Translations under genes and position numbers: made by a program
The notes under the pieces: generated by a model
What the model saw: only the letters and a program-made list of their open reading frames with translations
Told to the model about the DNA's origin: nothing
The model's database searches: none
Part shown: piece by piece, positions 58,264 to 64,000 of the stretch
Numbering within the stretch: the first letter of the stretch is position 1
How the letters are laid out: every line of letters starts with the position of its first letter
DNA from: Eledone cirrhosa
Taxonomy: Eukaryota
Direction: 5' to 3'
Assembly (NCBI GenBank): GCA_964016885.1
Contig: OZ024744.1
Coordinates: forward strand, 87,668,001-87,732,000
DNA length: 64,000 bases

Positions 58264-58718
58264 TACACATATGCATACAGGTACACATACATATATGCAC
58301 GCATCAGTTTAGCCTACGTTTATTATAACGCCGGCCGCTTTGTTCGTTTGTTTGTCAACAAAGCGAACAGCCTGAATTTATGCCATACGGTGTTAAGGCA
58401 ACCACGTCACCTTTTTGTTCAACACTGACACAGGAACGATGTACTAGTTTCAAGCTTGTTAGCTATCATCAGCACCGTTTACCCATCTGCCAGATAGTTG
58501 AACATTCGAAAGTATATACTTTCCTTATGAAAATTAACGGCTGAGCAGCCTAATTTGCATATTGAGTGAATTAAATCGGTCAGGCATACCGAAAACGATT
58601 AGTTGAAAAAAAAATGAAAACGAAATTTCATTTCTCACTCTTAGTATGGCACTTACTTAAATGTAAGTATGTATGTATACGTACATACATATATGTATAC
58701 AGACGTACAGTAGCATGC

Positions 58719-58753
<35 letters not shown>

Positions 58754-59207
58754 TACACATATGCATACAGGTACACATACATATATGCACGCATCAGTTT
58801 AGCCTACGTTTATTATAACGCCGGCCGCTTTGTTCGTTTGTTTGTCAACAAAGCGAACAGCCTGAATTTATGCCATACGGTGTTAAGGCAACCACGTCAC
58901 CTTTTTGTTCAACACTGACACAGGAACGATGTACTAGTTTCAAGCTTGTTAGCTATCATCAGCACCGTTTACCCATCTGCCAGATAGTTGAACATTCGAA
59001 AGTATATACTTTCCTTATGAAAATTAACGGCTGAGCAGCCTAATTTGCATATTGAGTGAGTTAAATCGGTCAGGCATACCGAAAACGATTAGTTGAAAAA
59101 AAATGAAAACGAAATTTCATTTCTCACTCTTAGTATGGCACTTACTTAAATGTAAGTATGTATGTATACGTACATACATATATGTATACAGACGTACAGT
59201 AGCATGC

Positions 59208-59242
<35 letters not shown>

Positions 59243-59695
59243 TACACATATGCATACAGGTACACATACATATATGCACGCATCAGTTTAGCCTACGTTT
59301 ATTATAACGCCGGCCGCTTTGTTCGTTTGTTTGTCAACAAAGCGAACAGCCTGAATTTATGCCATACGGTGTTAAGGCAACCACGTCACCTTTTTGTTCA
59401 ACACTGACACAGGAACGATGTACTAGTTTCAAGCTTGTTAGCTATCATCAGCACCGTTTACCCATCTGCCAGATAGTTGAACATTCGAAAGTATATACTT
59501 TCCTTATGAAAATTAACGGCTGAGCAGCCTAATTTGCATATTGAGTGAGTTAAATCGGTCAGGCATACCGAAAACGATTAGTTGAAAAAAATGAAAACGA
59601 AATTTCATTTCTCACTCTTAGTATGGCACTTACTTAAATGTAAGTATGTATGTATACGTACATACATATATGTATACAGACGTACAGTAGCATGC

Positions 59696-59730
<35 letters not shown>

Positions 59731-60184
59731 TACACATATGCATACAGGTACACATACATATATGCACGCATCAGTTTAGCCTACGTTTATTATAACGCCG
59801 GCCGCTTTGTTCGTTTGTTTGTCAACAAAGCGAACAGCCTGAATTTATGCCATACGGTGTTAAGGCAACCACGTCACCTTTTTGTTCAACACTGACACAG
59901 GAACGATGTACTAGTTTCAAGCTTGTTAGCTATCATCAGCACCGTTTACCCATCTGCCAGATAGTTGAACATTCGAAAGTATATACTTTCCTTATGAAAA
60001 TTAACGGCTGAGCAGCCTAATTTGCATATTGAGTGAGTTAAATCGGTCAGGCATACCGAAAACGATTAGTTGAAAAAAAATGAAAACGAAATTTCATTTC
60101 TCACTCTTAGTATGGCACTTACTTAAATGTAAGTATGTATGTATACGTACATACATATATGTATACAGACGTACAGTAGCATGC

Positions 60185-60219
<35 letters not shown>

Positions 60220-60673
60220 TACACATATGCATACAGGTACACATACATATATGCACGCATCAGTTTAGCCTACGTTTATTATAACGCCGGCCGCTTTGTT
60301 CGTTTGTTTGTCAACAAAGCGAACAGCCTGAATTTATGCCATACGGTGTTAAGGCAACCACGTCACCTTTTTGTTCAACACTGACACAGGAACGATGTAC
60401 TAGTTTCAAGCTTGTTAGCTATCATCAGCACCGTTTACCCATCTGCCAGATAGTTGAACATTCGAAAGTATATACTTTCCTTATGAAAATTAACGGCTGA
60501 GCAGCCTAATTTGCATATTGAGTGAGTTAAATCGGTCAGGCATACCGAAAACGATTAGTTGAAAAAAAATGAAAACGAAATTTCATTTCTCACTCTTAGT
60601 ATGGCACTTACTTAAATGTAAGTATGTATGTATACGTACATACATATATGTATACAGACGTACAGTAGCATGC

Positions 60674-60710
<37 letters not shown>

Positions 60711-60738
60711 TACACATATGCATACAGGTACACATACA

Positions 60739-60773
<35 letters not shown>

Positions 60774-61011
60774 GCATGCTACTGTACGTCTGTATACATA
60801 TATGTATGTACGTATACATACATACTTACATTTAAGTAAGTGCCATACTAAGAGTGAGAAATGAAATTTCGTTTTCATTTTTTTTCAACTAATCGTTTTC
60901 GGTATGCCTGACCGATTTAACTCACTCAATATGCAAATTAGGCTGCTCAGCCGTTAATTTTCATAAGGAAAGTATATACTTTCGAATGTTCAACTATCTG
61001 GCAGATGGGTA

Positions 61012-61056
61012 AACGGTGCTGATGATAGCTAACAAGCTTGAAACTAGTACATCGTT
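61012..61056 (+). ncRNA. Minimal type I hammerhead ribozyme, first of 7 plus-strand copies (61,501; 61,990; 62,479; 62,968; 63,457; 63,946)
   Basis: Helix I AACGGTG/CATCGTT (7 bp, one G-U), core CTGATGA, helix II AGCT-aaca-AGCT, GAAA, palindromic helix III ACTAGT, GUA cleavage triplet. Confidence 0.9.
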
Positions 61057-61227
61057 CCTGTGTCAGTGTTGAACAAAAAGGTGACGTGGTTGCCTTAACA
61101 CCGTATGGCATAAATTCAGGCTGTTCGCTTTGTTGACAAACAAACGAACAAAGCGGCCGGCGTTATAATAAACGTAGGCTAAACTGATGCGTGCATATAT
61201 GTATGTGTACCTGTATGCATATGTGTA

Positions 61228-61262
<35 letters not shown>

Positions 61263-61716
61263 GCATGCTACTGTACGTCTGTATACATATATGTATGTAC
61301 GTATACATACATACTTACATTTAAGTAAGTGCCATACTAAGAGTGAGAAATGAAATTTCGTTTTCATTTTTTTTCAACTAATCGTTTTCGGTATGCCTGA
61401 CCGATTTAACTCACTCAATATGCAAATTAGGCTGCTCAGCCGTTAATTTTCATAAGGAAAGTATATACTTTCGAATGTTCAACTATCTGGCAGATGGGTA
61501 AACGGTGCTGATGATAGCTAACAAGCTTGAAACTAGTACATCGTTCCTGTGTCAGTGTTGAACAAAAAGGTGACGTGGTTGCCTTAACACCGTATGGCAT
61601 AAATTCAGGCTGTTCGCTTTGTTGACAAACAAACGAACAAAGCGGCCGGCGTTATAATAAACGTAGGCTAAACTGATGCGTGCATATATGTATGTGTACC
61701 TGTATGCATATGTGTA

Positions 61717-61751
<35 letters not shown>

Positions 61752-62205
61752 GCATGCTACTGTACGTCTGTATACATATATGTATGTACGTATACATACA
61801 TACTTACATTTAAGTAAGTGCCATACTAAGAGTGAGAAATGAAATTTCGTTTTCATTTTTTTTCAACTAATCGTTTTCGGTATGCCTGACCGATTTAACT
61901 CACTCAATATGCAAATTAGGCTGCTCAGCCGTTAATTTTCATAAGGAAAGTATATACTTTCGAATGTTCAACTATCTGGCAGATGGGTAAACGGTGCTGA
62001 TGATAGCTAACAAGCTTGAAACTAGTACATCGTTCCTGTGTCAGTGTTGAACAAAAAGGTGACGTGGTTGCCTTAACACCGTATGGCATAAATTCAGGCT
62101 GTTCGCTTTGTTGACAAACAAACGAACAAAGCGGCCGGCGTTATAATAAACGTAGGCTAAACTGATGCGTGCATATATGTATGTGTACCTGTATGCATAT
62201 GTGTA

Positions 62206-62240
<35 letters not shown>

Positions 62241-62694
62241 GCATGCTACTGTACGTCTGTATACATATATGTATGTACGTATACATACATACTTACATTT
62301 AAGTAAGTGCCATACTAAGAGTGAGAAATGAAATTTCGTTTTCATTTTTTTTCAACTAATCGTTTTCGGTATGCCTGACCGATTTAACTCACTCAATATG
62401 CAAATTAGGCTGCTCAGCCGTTAATTTTCATAAGGAAAGTATATACTTTCGAATGTTCAACTATCTGGCAGATGGGTAAACGGTGCTGATGATAGCTAAC
62501 AAGCTTGAAACTAGTACATCGTTCCTGTGTCAGTGTTGAACAAAAAGGTGACGTGGTTGCCTTAACACCGTATGGCATAAATTCAGGCTGTTCGCTTTGT
62601 TGACAAACAAACGAACAAAGCGGCCGGCGTTATAATAAACGTAGGCTAAACTGATGCGTGCATATATGTATGTGTACCTGTATGCATATGTGTA

Positions 62695-62729
<35 letters not shown>

Positions 62730-63183
62730 GCATGCTACTGTACGTCTGTATACATATATGTATGTACGTATACATACATACTTACATTTAAGTAAGTGCC
62801 ATACTAAGAGTGAGAAATGAAATTTCGTTTTCATTTTTTTTCAACTAATCGTTTTCGGTATGCCTGACCGATTTAACTCACTCAATATGCAAATTAGGCT
62901 GCTCAGCCGTTAATTTTCATAAGGAAAGTATATACTTTCGAATGTTCAACTATCTGGCAGATGGGTAAACGGTGCTGATGATAGCTAACAAGCTTGAAAC
63001 TAGTACATCGTTCCTGTGTCAGTGTTGAACAAAAAGGTGACGTGGTTGCCTTAACACCGTATGGCATAAATTCAGGCTGTTCGCTTTGTTGACAAACAAA
63101 CGAACAAAGCGGCCGGCGTTATAATAAACGTAGGCTAAACTGATGCGTGCATATATGTATGTGTACCTGTATGCATATGTGTA

Positions 63184-63218
<35 letters not shown>

Positions 63219-63672
63219 GCATGCTACTGTACGTCTGTATACATATATGTATGTACGTATACATACATACTTACATTTAAGTAAGTGCCATACTAAGAGT
63301 GAGAAATGAAATTTCGTTTTCATTTTTTTTCAACTAATCGTTTTCGGTATGCCTGACCGATTTAACTCACTCAATATGCAAATTAGGCTGCTCAGCCGTT
63401 AATTTTCATAAGGAAAGTATATACTTTCGAATGTTCAACTATCTGGCAGATGGGTAAACGGTGCTGATGATAGCTAACAAGCTTGAAACTAGTACATCGT
63501 TCCTGTGTCAGTGTTGAACAAAAAGGTGACGTGGTTGCCTTAACACCGTATGGCATAAATTCAGGCTGTTCGCTTTGTTGACAAACAAACGAACAAAGCG
63601 GCCGGCGTTATAATAAACGTAGGCTAAACTGATGCGTGCATATATGTATGTGTACCTGTATGCATATGTGTA

Positions 63673-63707
<35 letters not shown>

Positions 63708-64000
63708 GCATGCTACTGTACGTCTGTATACATATATGTATGTACGTATACATACATACTTACATTTAAGTAAGTGCCATACTAAGAGTGAGAAATGAAA
63801 TTTCGTTTTCATTTTTTTTCAACTAATCGTTTTCGGTATGCCTGACCGATTTAACTCACTCAATATGCAAATTAGGCTGCTCAGCCGTTAATTTTCATAA
63901 GGAAAGTATATACTTTCGAATGTTCAACTATCTGGCAGATGGGTAAACGGTGCTGATGATAGCTAACAAGCTTGAAACTAGTACATCGTTCCTGTGTCAG

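Larger units (their letters stand above)
54197..64000. repeat. 489-bp tandem array of hammerhead-ribozyme units (non-LTR retrozyme-like), inverted at ~60,724, open at window end
   Basis: ORF-track starts recur every 488-490 bp (54,700; 55,189; 55,678...). About 13.3 units in one orientation, then 6.7 reverse-complemented. Units nearly identical. Confidence 0.98.

Noticed and set aside
54209-63812. Repeated MKTKFHF... / MYTYIHI... ORFs
   Set aside because: They run through (TA)n, lie antisense to the ribozyme, and their frames are not conserved in the 426-bp relatives.

Overview
Eukaryotic, repeat-dominated window with no host protein-coding gene that I can support. The tRNA-derived SINEs and dense (TA)n/(GA)n/(CA)n tracts look cephalopod/octopus-like (inference). 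1-25,170 is a ~300-copy 85/82-bp satellite with multi-kb higher-order duplications. 25.2-54.2 kb is a mosaic of microsatellites, SINEs, two degenerate Penelope-like elements (PLEs), RTE- and CRE-like LINE 3' fragments, many fold-back repeats and about eight unrelated minimal type I hammerhead ribozyme (HHR) motifs. 54.2-64 kb is a near-homogeneous 489-bp tandem array in which every unit carries an intact minimal type I hammerhead (AACGGTG-CTGATGA-tAGCT aaca AGCTt-GAAA-CTAGTA^CATCGTT), as expected for a non-LTR retrozyme-like array. The array flips orientation at ~60,724 (13 HHRs on -, 7 on +). Diverged relatives lie at 26.5-28.3 kb and 35.2-35.9 kb. All three loci have divergently inverted halves and end at the same unit position against a (TA)n tract, which suggests PLE-driven retrotransposition of a self-cleaving RNA. 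Almost all ORF-track entries are repeat artefacts.
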